In this document: piece after piece, positions 47,901 to 55,029 of the stretch | How the letters are laid out: each line of letters opens with the position of its first letter | Numbering within the stretch: position 1 is the stretch's first letter | Origin: an uncultured Clostridia bacterium | GTDB taxonomy: Bacteria; Bacillota; Clostridia; TANB77; CAG-508 | Assembly (NCBI GenBank): GCA_948852945.1 | Contig: CAQPBJ010000002.1 | Coordinates: 4,265-68,264, forward strand | Length of the DNA: 64,000 nucleotides | Reading direction: 5' to 3' | The notes under the pieces: generated by a model | Database searches by the model: none | What the model was told of the DNA's origin: nothing | The model's input: only the letters and a program-made list of their open reading frames with translations | Translations under genes and position numbers: made by a program

Positions 47901-50301
47901 TAATATCTGCAACTTGTGGTGAAATTAGAGTATGTCCTGATTCATCGTATTCACTTATTGTTTGGTTAGTCAAAAGTGAATTTGGTGATATTAAACTAAT
48001 TGATGTTGTTGATTTATGTACTTTTTCTTCTACATTTAAATTATCATTTACGTCATAAATATCAGCTGAGTTGTAATAATAATCAGCTGTTTCTTCATTT
48101 GTTGCCCATAATTCAACTGTTCTGCTTACTGTTGCAATACATGGATTTGGTGTTATCTCAGCATCTATTACTATACTATAAGTCAAGGGGTTTTCATTTT
48201 GTGTATTAATTTTAATAAATTTTCCACCTTCACTTTCCATATACTCATAACTTAATATTTGTGCATTACTATTAGTTATTTTTACACTATTTATTTTAGT
48301 TGTTAGTATTTCATCTGGTAATTTAATTAAAAAAGTTCCATTTTTCCATGCTACCTGATTAGAGCTTTCAGCACAACTAGCTGTAATTGTAATTTTTTCA
48401 TTTTTTTCGGTTAATTGAGTTGATAATGCTGTATTACTTAGTCTAATAGACGCAACTGAATATGGTGCTTCATAATAAGCTGTTCTTCTTATTTTTCCTA
48501 AGTTTTTCTTTCCTGCAGTTACACTTAAATTTGATTCGATATATTGTAAGTTATCAAATTCCTCTCTTGTATAGTTATCTGTTATATATTCATCATCTAA
48601 TTGTTTTATATTATAAACATACAATCCTACATCATTTTTTGTTTCACTTGTTTCTACTCTTATATTCTTAACTGGTAAGTCATATCTATAAGGATTACTT
48701 TCTGTATATCTTCCCCAGTCATCTTTTGTAAATGTTGCTAGTAATTCATCTGTATTATCATCATAAACTTTTATAAATCCATCATCATTTAAGAAATTAC
48801 TTGCCCCTGAAAATGCTATTCCAACATTTGTTGATAGACTTTCCATAGTTTCTTTTGTAGAATCTGTTTTTACAAAGTCATCTGAACCTATTTCTTTCAT
48901 AACTATTCCATTAGTTACTTCAAGTGTTCCTTTGTATATATACCATCTTACTGTATAATTATCATTCTTTTCTTCAGTACTAATACCATTATATATTTTT
49001 AGAGGCTTTTGTTTTGAAACAATATATCTATAACGTGGATTACTTATATATTTTCCCACTGTTATACCTACATTTGTAGCATAAACATTTCCAGGTTTTA
49101 CCTTATAAAAATAATATATCAAAGTCTTAGCAGAAGTATTTGATTTATAAGGATTTGAAAACTCACTATTTGAATTATTAAATCCTTCATAATATGTTGA
49201 TACTGGTATTTTTATATCTATACTATCTGTATTCATTAATCTATATGCTTCTAAAGGATATGAAATATTTAAAGTATATATATTACTTCTAGCAATACTT
49301 GATGTAACAATATTCTCACTTGAAACTGTGGCTGTTCTCTCGATAGTAAATTTTCTTGTTTCTTGCTCATAATTAAACTCCAAGTCTGAAAGATTAGAAG
49401 TTACTTCAAGTGGAGCATATCCATTTAATTCTGGAATTGTACCTGTAACACAATTTTTAGAAATATTTAGTTGATTTTTAGTTTCTTCTGCTCTTATTGA
49501 AGCAGTTAATTTTATTTTTTGATTCTCTTCGTCAATTCTTGAATCTAAATCGTAGTATGTTTTTGAATTTGAATAATAGTTATATGCATATAACTCTGAT
49601 TTAGTTTCACCATACCAATCGACAGTAAAAGCAACTTCTTTTCTGATTGCTATTTCACTTCCATCAACTGCTACATATGTTCCTGTTAAAACTATTTTAT
49701 TATCATCTCTAGATAATTTACTTAAATCATTTCCAATTGCAGCAGTTTTAGTTGAGGTATAAGAATAATCCCCACTTTTTACAATACCTGTTAACAACTT
49801 CTGAGTTCCATTATTCAAATCGTTGAATTGTATTTCCTTAACATTAGTTCCTATATAGTTTTGTTTTAACTCTTGATCTTTAGGAAGTGTTGTTTGTAGA
49901 TAAAAGTTTTGCCCGTTCACTTCTATTTTAGCGTCTTTTAAATAACCTTCTGTTTGAACATTTAATTCCATGTATAAAGTGTCCTGATCTCCTATCTCTT
50001 TACAAGTTCCGCGTAGGCTCTCTGCATATCCATCTCCATCTAAGTCACGCAAAAAGAACGCATCGAATTTAACATTATCTGTTCCTTCGACTGCATTTTC
50101 CCCTTCTTGAACTTGATTATAAGTCATAGCACGTGCAAGCTCTGCGCTATTTACTTTTGGCTTGCTTTTAGTAAAATTTTCTTCTTTGAAAATAAAGATA
50201 CCTGCAACTGCTATAAGTAATAATAAGATTACTGCAATCGATAATAGTTTTACTTTTTTTGTTTTGATTGAATTCTTTAATTTCTCTACTAATTTTTCCA
50301 T
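35908..50301 (-). CDS. Giant cell-wall-anchored multidomain surface adhesin 2 (4797 aa)
   Basis: 14.4-kb ORF. Signal anchor, then an N-terminal ~1300 aa homologous to giant 1 (ARAMTY, FDAFFLRDLDGDGYAE). About 12 beta-propeller repeats of a distinct subtype (SDGGY.VGG.F......DLGNGVVLNNNG.SDGMLIKYSKEGEVEWAK). A second propeller-like region. Listeria-Bacteroides repeats. One pair of YYLHLGY units. More than ten MucBP domains. A DUF11-like domain. Sorting signal ISIQTGSEDDNT followed by a TM helix and KKENSKK. Confidence 0.9.
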   Translation of the reverse strand: MEKLVEKLKNSIKTKKVKLLSIAVILLLLIAVAGIFIFKEENFTKSKPKVNSAELARAMTYNQVQEGENAVEGTDNVKFDAFFLRDLDGDGYAESLRGTCKEIGDQDTLYMELNVQTEGYLKDAKIEVNGQNFYLQTTLPKDQELKQNYIGTNVKEIQFNDLNNGTQKLLTGIVKSGDYSYTSTKTAAIGNDLSKLSRDDNKIVLTGTYVAVDGSEIAIRKEVAFTVDWYGETKSELYAYNYYSNSKTYYDLDSRIDEENQKIKLTASIRAEETKNQLNISKNCVTGTIPELNGYAPLEVTSNLSDLEFNYEQETRKFTIERTATVSSENIVTSSIARSNIYTLNISYPLEAYRLMNTDSIDIKIPVSTYYEGFNNSNSEFSNPYKSNTSAKTLIYYFYKVKPGNVYATNVGITVGKYISNPRYRYIVSKQKPLKIYNGISTEEKNDNYTVRWYIYKGTLEVTNGIVMKEIGSDDFVKTDSTKETMESLSTNVGIAFSGASNFLNDDGFIKVYDDNTDELLATFTKDDWGRYTESNPYRYDLPVKNIRVETSETKNDVGLYVYNIKQLDDEYITDNYTREEFDNLQYIESNLSVTAGKKNLGKIRRTAYYEAPYSVASIRLSNTALSTQLTEKNEKITITASCAESSNQVAWKNGTFLIKLPDEILTTKINSVKITNSNAQILSYEYMESEGGKFIKINTQNENPLTYSIVIDAEITPNPCIATVSRTVELWATNEETADYYYNSADIYDVNDNLNVEEKVHKSTTSISLISPNSLLTNQTISEYDESGHTLISPQVADIRVPIAEVDTDTDEKTAKIGVQLINNYSNEINDVVILGKIPFKGNTYVINGEDLKSDFTTKMLEGGLEVPEELQGKVAVYYSENENPDKDITKEENGWKTQESIENWDNIKTYLIDFEDSEILAGKGYIFYYNISIPYGSDYNKVTYSHHGVYFSLNTSEGKYRTSTEPNKIGIKMVEKYNLEMYKYQKGKDVLVAGATYKVIEENDDEEICRTVVTNQNGLASLTNLYVNKTYRIEELKVPDDYEINPDIVRFVCHGENGKLIIEALSGNSKEELYVEKEADENYKVIAKLEDEAKARLHITKLEHGTENTIKGIRYKLTGAGLPEDGKIVTTKIDGDIDVTGLKINEEYTLEEVKANGYYLASPIKFKILNNEGNYEIELIEGTTKESSVTEENSIPTVNMTLEDEKIPTYELELVKIQKKTNVNMSEAEGETSDNTEETVYLAGAKFKLYKGTKELGEYITDENGRITIPNLYQYVAEKAEQEEAKYVLKEAVAPDGYAKVKDINFKVENVGGTLQFVEELVEGQTEKQYTVEGNKVIVTVEDNPSFKLIKKDAETGELLANIKFAIYNVDEGEKPARNSKGEILGIKETINGIEYYIVSTNENGEITADLQEGLYKAVEVEAPDKYDITDSEYYFGIGASREGKVGLEAEWAKGIGSSGSDYINSVMETRDGGIIAGGYFNGTIDLGDGVVLNNNGSYDGMIIKYSADGEVEWEQSIGGDKEDKINVVLETSDGGYIAGGYFKSSSIDLGNGVILNNKSSYTSYSDGMLIKYSAEGEVEWAKGIGGSSSDKITSVAEASDGGYVVGGNFGSTSIDLGNGVVLNNNGSTSYSDGMLIKYSAEGEVEWAKEVGGVNEDKINSVAPTNDGGYIVGGSFKSLNIDLGNDIVLTNSTNISRYSYDGLVIKYSNNGEVEWAKEIGGSYNDEITSVIETSDGGYVAGGDFKSSTIFWENGEKLNKDAASDGMLIKYTVDGELEWIKSTGGNINSVLESKYGGYIVGEKCNNFDLGDGIILEGIGESIIKYSKSGKTESAIQIGVGSVKSVVESKYGGYIVVGDFSDKKINFGNGVVLNNNGYSDGMLIKYNEIEVTEAIVEWAKGIGESGNDEITVVIETTDGGYAIGGNFNGTIDLGNGVVLNNNGHSDGMLIKYSKEGEVEWAKEIGGSYNDEITSVIETSDGGYLVGGCFGESTLDLGNKVVLNNNGYSDGMLIKYSKEGEVEWAKGIGGSSSDKITSVAEASDGGYVVGGYFGSTSIDLGNGVVLNSNGSSDGMLIKYSKEGEVEWAKGIGGTSDDKITSVIETTDDGYAIGGNFNGTIDLGNGVVLNSNGSSDGMLIKYSKEDEVEWAKVIGGAIKSVTGTSDGGYLVGGCFSGSTLDLGNGIVLNNKSSYTSYSDVMLIKYSKEGEVEWAKVIGGTNNDEVTSVIETTDGGYAIGGYFNGTIDLGNGIVLNNYYSTGMLIKYSKEGEVEWAKGVSGRSSNRINAVIETTSGGYVVGGCFADMVNLGNEVILNSYAGTDGMLLKIKSKNVVSDLQELVVENKRKEFKITTNVKKIDNVKGGTISGDGDNEPYEKVRYGENSTKEIIMVPDENYEIISITVNGEEYNFEANEDDSFIMPTFENVQEDKHIVVTYSYKENKIVINKLDSETKEKLTSAKFKLEQIEERSNPENVIGDLTANGKEYTILDKETGILDFEEELINNGTYYFIKKDGKYVPTNSKTYQTSNGGTAGIQSTTANSYIPIDLTNKEGEYVVVVNAECSSESSYDYGYVTVTETTEVPTYSSTSGRFVYISGTQSAKDYTSVKLEGGKTYYLHLGYRKDSSNDTGKDQIIINSINLYNYSIKSYNFINVNGKYESNNQGKYNTVANSYIPIDLTGYVGKYNVTVNAEIVSQSGYDMGYATVTENTTSPAYNVSEGRFIYISGIQEAKNYNTVLEGGKLYYLHFGYYKNVNIPFGDDKFTINSINVSLNDSELYHTEVETNLNGQAITQIPFGKYEVTEIKAPDGYWLNEEPTIIEFRADEVHEFNIENEKKAKVTVHHYLKGTTTKIADDEEMIGKIDDDYITLPKVDISRYELEKDENDKYVLPENANGKYAYEDQEVIYYYKVKDIPLIVHHYIEGTTTEVPLKDGTIAEDEISSAPEGTEYQTNAISNELLDESYHLIEVPENANGVYTGDEVIVTYYYNREYGKLNIIKTDEKTGEPIEGVRFGIVSGIQDINLEEVSTEKYMITNAEGKISILLPIGDYTIFEVNAPNEYEIAKETKNVTLEKEGLELSITNRKKPGKVIVHHYIENTEIPVPLENGAVAQDEHYIGEDMDLYETNYLQNIDDLYEVVSIPENSEGVLRAAHTEEVIYYYRLKRYTLDITKYEKGSNKYLPDIVFQLRDEEDNTNIYTTDNNGKIIIPDLNQGQTYILEEISAVSGYYILETPIKFRAVQENGKMKFEVLEGDLGERENNISIEDADAHYSKVYLEIEDDTIFTLVKYAEDDTTLIPGAKFVIKELVGEEDNKVEVDAQDVYGNLVGTEEVINEETLRIVVTNKNGEINCGLRPGKYKVTEIEAPYGYEITENNEFYFEVGENQPDTYRLAIDFEDITISEDYYNTIGFDTLSDGSYIVLVRFYDRLLINAENTVSGEEICLDSTAYNEDAIIKINSEGKIEWAQIPCLEGGDYTYKLIRTDDGGFITIGECSGKLELNESTLVVNDDSMWPAIIVKFNSNGTPLWVNTSEYESCNYEIIKNNDSTFTISGYNYSEDNLYIMNITQDGEVNWKNEFSANDSVILRKLGNGLNISMYMYESVIPKEYTLNNCEIQVTEGEHIVRYNEHGKIVSVIEGSISKNIPDDVVNGVDFNVIDAIATSDGGYLVAGTYTGRVLIPQEKTEIRKEIILEADENKLLLLKYNSEGKIECVNADKIVESEDIYITLLELNNLNEQNGKYAVIVENQLNMYTETFKEEIRAEKQEIVVHNNKKQYKITTKVDGEGGNISGENEDPYENVIYMDDSTKDIIITPSDGYGVDKVTINGEEVRFVEQEDGTVLLDKFTEVDEDKEVVVSFKKLTSVVVHHYLEGTEEKLSEDVIIEGKVDDEYETIVADDIPSKYELVEIPENATGTMTEDEIVVTYYYKLKEAKVVVHHYIEGTTERLSEDVIIDGSVDDEYETTVADDIPSRYELVEEPENKIGTMTEEQITVIYYYKLKDASVIVHHYLEGTETKVAEDVTVTGKVGDEYETTVAENLPSKYELAQAPVNATGTMTEEQTIVIYYYKLKSTKVIVHHYEEGTTNKLSEDVEIEGLIDSEYTTKAATDVPIKYALVETPANAIGIMTEEVIEVTYYYAVRDAVLNIYYLEKDTDIELAKPEKQTGKVGENYRTDAKEIEGYTLVENSGNTTGQLEVEPLTVIYYYLKNTRATVQYIDITTGEILDERTDEGLVGDEFVTETKTFENYILVQEPEEKTVNMTKEEIVLKYYYLHISAGVIEQHIDVISGDILYNGTHEGNEGDEYNIPSKEFTGYDLVEERLPLNSEGTMTVDPITVTYYYIHRAKVTTQYIDKATGEKITVDTEEEGHEGDYYTTEEKEFDGYKLIQVPENSNGTMTKEDIVVKYYYIKQSAGVVERHLDVLTNEPLVEETRYEGYIGDDYETKEKVIPSYELVRERYPENATGKMTEEEIVVTYYYSRKAKVEVKYVDKITGEEIVPKEVIDGHKGDKYTTEEKEIPGYELVEVPTNKEGTMFDDITEVIYYYIRPAKVITNYYDIDTKEKLAAEEIIEGHEKDEYTTVQKEIKYYNLVEIPTNSKGTMIAEDIRVDYYYKKKAFNLKVDKVVKEISYNGQVLSINGNVGKLELNKNNVATADVVVTYEIKVMNTGELRGGAELIENIPTGMTMSEADNKDWVVHEDTAILSVDDLEAGQERAYTVVMRWNPSENNLGMKENIAQIVKVSNEAGFEEISTDDNEDKADLVISIQTGSEDDNTIVKLAILAIFVILGITVTFIIKKENSKK
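43330..45990 (-). repeat. Beta-propeller (SBBP-like) repeat array within giant 2
   Basis: About 12 tandem ~70-aa units from YYFGIGASREGKVGLEAEWAKG to GTDGMLLKIKSKNVV. The DNA is also visibly repetitive (ccattctacttcgccttctttactatactttattagcattccatcagaa recurring). Confidence 0.6.
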
Positions 50302-50354
50302 CTCTAGTAACTCCTTTAAAACAAATTCTAATATTTTAATAATCTTTAGTTTTT

Positions 50355-50382
50355 ATTTTAAATACTTATTAGAACGTGTCAA
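50355..50382 (-). promoter_or_regulatory. Sigma-A-like promoter for giant adhesin 2 (paralogous to 20104-20131)
   Basis: Minus-sense TTGACA (plus 50377-50382), a 16-nt spacer, then TAAAAT (plus 50355-50360). Same elements and spacing as upstream of giant 1. Confidence 0.45.
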
Positions 50383-50588
50383 TGTAACTTTTTCAACAAC
50401 TTCAGATAAATTTTATCCCTAGTTAATCAATCCCTTTAAAAAAGCCAAAGTGCTACACATTACTTTTTCTCTTTAAAATCAAATATATTTTTAGTTTCTT
50501 TTGCTTTACAATTCGCCAATTTCTCTACGGAAATACACAGTTTTTGTTATTTTCTTTAAAATAAATAAACAATTTATCCACAGAAAAA

Positions 50589-50609
50589 AGAGACACACAA
50601 AGTGTCTCT
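50589..50609 (-). terminator. Intrinsic terminator after the topB-orf319 operon
   Basis: Stem agagacac / gtgtctct with loop acaaa. On the minus sense it is followed by TTTTTTCTG. It abuts the conserved upstream block of giant 2. Confidence 0.55.
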
Positions 50610-50693
50610 TTCAACTTTTATCGGTAATTTATTGTTCAATTTTCCGACCTCACATGTTCCTATCTTTTTCAGATTTATCACTCAAAATTATAA

Positions 50694-51653
50694 TTAATTA
50701 ATTTCTGCTCCATCAATATATTTCTGCTTTTTTCTTTCTTCAATTCTTCTATCTAATTCATCAATCGTAGGAACATCAACAAAAAACAATGAACTGGCTG
50801 GAACCTCCTCTTCAATAAGATTCATCTCAATATTATTCATATCATATAAATCACCATGCATATAAGGTCTAACTTCTTCTACTCTTGAAACTTCGCCATT
50901 TTCACCATAATAATTATTCTTTTTATATTCTAACCCATCTCTATCAATTAATATAGCTGTTCTTTTAGATTTTGAAGCTGTTTGTTCCCATAACCTCTCT
51001 AATCTTTTTCTTAAAGCATCTCTAACCTCAGATTCCATATTTTCAGTAGATTTATATAAATGTTCCATTGCCTTTTCTTTATCACCTGTTAGAAAGTTTC
51101 CACCATAAATAAATGATAAAGTTTCAGGAGTATGAAACATATAAAATCCTGTTGTTATGCTTCCTGCACAAATTCCTTTTTTCATTCCAAAACCTGTAGT
51201 AAAAACATATTTAGAATTTGTATCTGCCTGAGCCATTCCTTTATATAAAAGCTCTCTATCATTATCAGAGAATAATGTACTCATTTTTCCGTCAGATTTA
51301 ATTTTTTCAGCAATTTTAGGTGTAGTAAAATGAACAGCAACTCCATGCTTCAAAGCCACTGCCATCTCTCCTTCTGATAAATCAGTATACATTTCCATTA
51401 ATAATCCCATCATTTGAATATCAGGATATTCAGAATTAGAATCATCTGTCTGTAAATATGTATTTATAAAAGTTTTACATTTTTCTTCATCAGGGCAAAT
51501 TTGAAAAAATATTAAACTTAAATTAAATAATTTAGTAAAATATTTTTCTTTATCTGCTTCATTTTTTCCTTCAGCAAATTTAGCATACTTTTCTAAAATA
51601 AAATCAGAATTCATCATATTAGAAATTCTTAATCCAATAACACTTTTATTCAT
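50694..51653 (-). CDS. Hypothetical protein (319 aa), apparently co-transcribed with topB
   Basis: Clean ORF 30 nt downstream of topB on the same strand. No signal peptide or known motif recognised. Confidence 0.5.
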   Translation of the reverse strand: MNKSVIGLRISNMMNSDFILEKYAKFAEGKNEADKEKYFTKLFNLSLIFFQICPDEEKCKTFINTYLQTDDSNSEYPDIQMMGLLMEMYTDLSEGEMAVALKHGVAVHFTTPKIAEKIKSDGKMSTLFSDNDRELLYKGMAQADTNSKYVFTTGFGMKKGICAGSITTGFYMFHTPETLSFIYGGNFLTGDKEKAMEHLYKSTENMESEVRDALRKRLERLWEQTASKSKRTAILIDRDGLEYKKNNYYGENGEVSRVEEVRPYMHGDLYDMNNIEMNLIEEEVPASSLFFVDVPTIDELDRRIEERKKQKYIDGAEIN

Positions 51654-51682
51654 ATTTTTTCCTTCTTTAGTATCTTAAAACT

Positions 51683-53590
51683 TTACATTGGAACAACTAA
51701 TTTTCCAATCTTATTTCTAATATACTTCTCCAATTTCTCCATAAATACTACTGGTTCTATCTCTTTTTTAGCAACCATATCCAAACCTTTCTCCCAACTA
51801 GCAGTAAGTTCTGGATTTAACATATCAGGCATTGAAGAAAATACAACATCATAAATTACTTCTCCTTTATCTGTAGGAGTAATAATCTGTGTTTTGGAAT
51901 TAATCGCAATATAACCTATTCTTTCAAGTTTTTTCATAATCTCAGCTCTAGTTGCACTAGTCCCAATTCCAGCACCTTTTATTTGTTCTCTCAAAGATTC
52001 ATCCTCTATAAGTTTTCCCGCATTTTCCATAGCCAAAATTATTGAACCTGAATTATATCTTGTAGGTGGAGAAGTTTCAGCTTCTTTAGTTTCCATCAAA
52101 TTAATTTTTAACTTCTCACCCTTCTTCAATTTAGAAAGCAATTCAATATTATTTTCTTTTTCCTCAGAATCGCCTTTTAAAACATCTAAATAACCTCTAT
52201 TAATACATACCTTTTCATTAGCAAAAAACTCTTCCTCTCCAACTTTAATTGTCAATGCAAGCTTATTATACTCTGCAGGTGGATAAAAAATTGCAAGAAA
52301 TCTTTTTACTATCAATAAATAAACATTTTTCTTAAGCTCTGACAAATTATCAAAATTCTCAAAACCTTGTCCTGTAGGAATAATAGCATAATGATCAGTA
52401 ATTTTAGAATCATTAACAAACTTTGTTTTAACTAAATTTGTAGAATATTTTTCTTCAGACATCTTTTTCAAAATATCTTGAACTTCTTCATTTTTACAAC
52501 CTTTAGATAATCCATTTAAGTTCTTAGTAATTACTTTTGCAATCGCTGTAGATAGAACCCTTGCATCAGTTCTAGGATATGTAACCAATTTTTTCTCATA
52601 CAATTCTTGAATAATCTCTAATGTTTCATCTGGTTTTATTTTAAACTTTTTAGTACATTCATTTTGAACTTCAGCTAAATTAAAAAGTAATGGCGGATTT
52701 TCCTTTTGCTTTGTTTTCTTAATGCTTTCAACTACTGCCTCTTTGTCTTTTATTAAATCAATAAATTTCTTAGCTTCATCTTCTTTTTTGAAACCGGTTT
52801 CATTATATAAAAGCGGTGATTCAAACATACTAGAACCTTCTGTCATTTTCCATTCTGCTCTAAAAAACTCACCTTCTCCAAACTCACCAGATATTTTATA
52901 ATACTTTGTTTTCTTAAAATTTCTAATTTCTCTTTCTCTAGAAACAATCATTCCTAAAACACAAGTCATAACTCGTCCTACAGAAATAGACACATGTTCT
53001 TCATTAATTTTACTAGCCACACGTCTACCAAAAATAATTGAAAGTAATCTAGAAAAATTTATACCTATTAAATAATCTTCTTTAGCCCTTAAATACGCTG
53101 AATCAGAAAGACTATCATAATAAGAAAGCTCTTTTGCTTCTTTAATTCCTTTCAAAATTTCTTCCTCAGTCTGAGAATCAATCCAAACTCTCTTCATTTC
53201 TGCATTAGGATTAGGCTTTGCCATCATAAAAACTAGTCTTTGAATATACTCTCCCTCACGTCCAGAGTCACCCGCATTATATATTTCACTAATATCTTCT
53301 CTATGCATAAGTTCTTTAATAATATTAAATTGCTTTTCTACTTGAGGAATAATTTCATATTTCCACTCTTTAGGAATAAATGGTAATGTATCTAATCTCC
53401 ATTTTTTTAAATTCTCATCATATTTTTCTGGATAAGACATTGTCACTAAATGACCTACACACCATGTAATTATCCATTCTTCTGACTCTAAATAACCATT
53501 TTTTCTAGTAGTATTTATTTTAAGTGCTTTTGCAAATTCCATTGCAACACTCGGTTTTTCTGTAATCAATAATTTCTTAGCCATTATCAA
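51683..53590 (-). CDS. topB: DNA topoisomerase III (type IA)
   Basis: 635 aa. Toprim N-terminus LLITEKPSVAMEFAKAL...WCVGHL. Domain III active-site region. Typical TopB layout without a long C-terminal Zn-ribbon tail. Confidence 0.8.
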   Translation of the reverse strand: MIMAKKLLITEKPSVAMEFAKALKINTTRKNGYLESEEWIITWCVGHLVTMSYPEKYDENLKKWRLDTLPFIPKEWKYEIIPQVEKQFNIIKELMHREDISEIYNAGDSGREGEYIQRLVFMMAKPNPNAEMKRVWIDSQTEEEILKGIKEAKELSYYDSLSDSAYLRAKEDYLIGINFSRLLSIIFGRRVASKINEEHVSISVGRVMTCVLGMIVSREREIRNFKKTKYYKISGEFGEGEFFRAEWKMTEGSSMFESPLLYNETGFKKEDEAKKFIDLIKDKEAVVESIKKTKQKENPPLLFNLAEVQNECTKKFKIKPDETLEIIQELYEKKLVTYPRTDARVLSTAIAKVITKNLNGLSKGCKNEEVQDILKKMSEEKYSTNLVKTKFVNDSKITDHYAIIPTGQGFENFDNLSELKKNVYLLIVKRFLAIFYPPAEYNKLALTIKVGEEEFFANEKVCINRGYLDVLKGDSEEKENNIELLSKLKKGEKLKINLMETKEAETSPPTRYNSGSIILAMENAGKLIEDESLREQIKGAGIGTSATRAEIMKKLERIGYIAINSKTQIITPTDKGEVIYDVVFSSMPDMLNPELTASWEKGLDMVAKKEIEPVVFMEKLEKYIRNKIGKLVVPM

Positions 53591-53823
53591 AATCCTTTAT
53601 TTTTTCTTTCACGCACATTATATATTTTTTATGCTCCGATTTCAAGCTAAAGACACTTATAAATTAAAGACTTTGATTAACAAATCTATTCACGTATGCT
53701 ATCATTTAAATAGATTAACAATCATAGTTCAGGTTGTAAATATAATTTTTTAGTATGTGTACTGTAACTGCACATACTTTTTTATTTTTCATAAAAACAG
53801 ATTTGTAAATTAATTTGCATGCA

Positions 53824-53848
53824 AAAAGCAACTCTTAACGAGTTGCTT
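53824..53848 (-). terminator. Intrinsic terminator after the small anchored-protein gene
   Basis: Stem aaagcaactc / gagttgcttt with loop ttaac. On the minus sense it is followed by TTTTGC. Lies 20 nt past the stop. Confidence 0.5.
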
Positions 53849-53868
53849 TAATATTTTTTATCTTTAAA

Positions 53869-54591
53869 TTATTTATCTAATTTTCTATAATTTATAAATG
53901 CTACAATACCTAAAACTGCTATAGCAGCTACTAATGGTAAAACATAAGATTGTTCAGCTCCTGTATCTGGCATAGTCTCGTTTTTAGTAGTTGATGTAGG
54001 AGTTGTAGTTGTTGTAGTTGTTGGCTCTGATGAAATACTTGGTGTTGAAGATATTGATGGTTCAGTAGTAGTTGATGTAGATGGTGATACTGTTCCACTT
54101 AATCCTCCACTTGAAGAAATTGTTATTGTTTGTGTTACTTGAGAAACTGATATATTATCTTCTAATGATGAATTTCCACCTTCTATATCTCTTAATTTAA
54201 TTCCTGTTGTTGTAACTTGTGTATTCTCAGAAACTTTAAAAGCAAATGTTGCTACTTCTTCATCTTCTTTAACTGGATTTTGCTTTTCAAAAGATATCTT
54301 TCCATTATCTTCATTATAACTTATAGACCAATCATTTAATTCAGTTATATTGTCTTTCGAAATTGAAAGAACATCTTCATCGTAGTCTAATACTGCTGTT
54401 ACTTCTGTAATTCCACCTTCTACGTTAATTCCTGTTAACTTAAATTTCAATTTAACTTCTTGTCCTTTTTGTACCCTTGATGATTCTGGTTTTAAACTTG
54501 CAGAAAACGAATCTGCTGCAAATACCTTTCCAACCATTGATACAACAAATATAAACATTAATACTGTAATTAGAATTTTTTTGTTTCTCAT
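53869..54591 (-). CDS. Small sortase-anchored surface protein with a Ser/Thr-rich stalk
   Basis: 240 aa. Signal peptide (ILITVLMFIFVVSMVGKVFA), a ~130-aa beta-rich domain and an S/T/P-rich linker. Sorting signal ETMPDTGAEQ, then hydrophobic VLPLVAAIAVLGIVAFI and a basic tail NYRKLDK. Confidence 0.75.
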   Translation of the reverse strand: MRNKKILITVLMFIFVVSMVGKVFAADSFSASLKPESSRVQKGQEVKLKFKLTGINVEGGITEVTAVLDYDEDVLSISKDNITELNDWSISYNEDNGKISFEKQNPVKEDEEVATFAFKVSENTQVTTTGIKLRDIEGGNSSLEDNISVSQVTQTITISSSGGLSGTVSPSTSTTTEPSISSTPSISSEPTTTTTTTPTSTTKNETMPDTGAEQSYVLPLVAAIAVLGIVAFINYRKLDK

Positions 54592-55029
54592 TCCTCAATC
54601 TCCTTCATTTTCTAACATTATACCCGTTTTTAGTTATTACGTCAACTTTTTTTTGTCAAGTTATCCTCATTTTTCAGCATTTTTTAAGGATTTTTATTAA
54701 ATTTTCTAATTTTTTCTAAATATCATAATCAATTTTAGCGTTTTTTTATTTTTTTGCAAGTACCTATTTATTATATTCTTTATAGATATATATTATTATT
54801 TTCTACGGATTATAAACTTTTTAATATATTTTTTTCAAAATATTTTTTTATTATATCTTTTTATTTACAAAAATCGACTAATTTCTATAACTACTTAGGT
54901 ATCAAGTAATTACACTTTTTATCTCTGCTTTGTAACATTTTTGTAATCTTTCTTTAACAAAAATGTTATATCTTTTAAAATTAAAAGTTAGTATAATTTT
55001 AACATACGAAAGATTTCAAGGGAGATATC

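Noticed and set aside
36024-48671. Similar antisense small ORFs inside giant adhesin 2
   Set aside because: Same reason: artefacts of composition on the non-coding strand.
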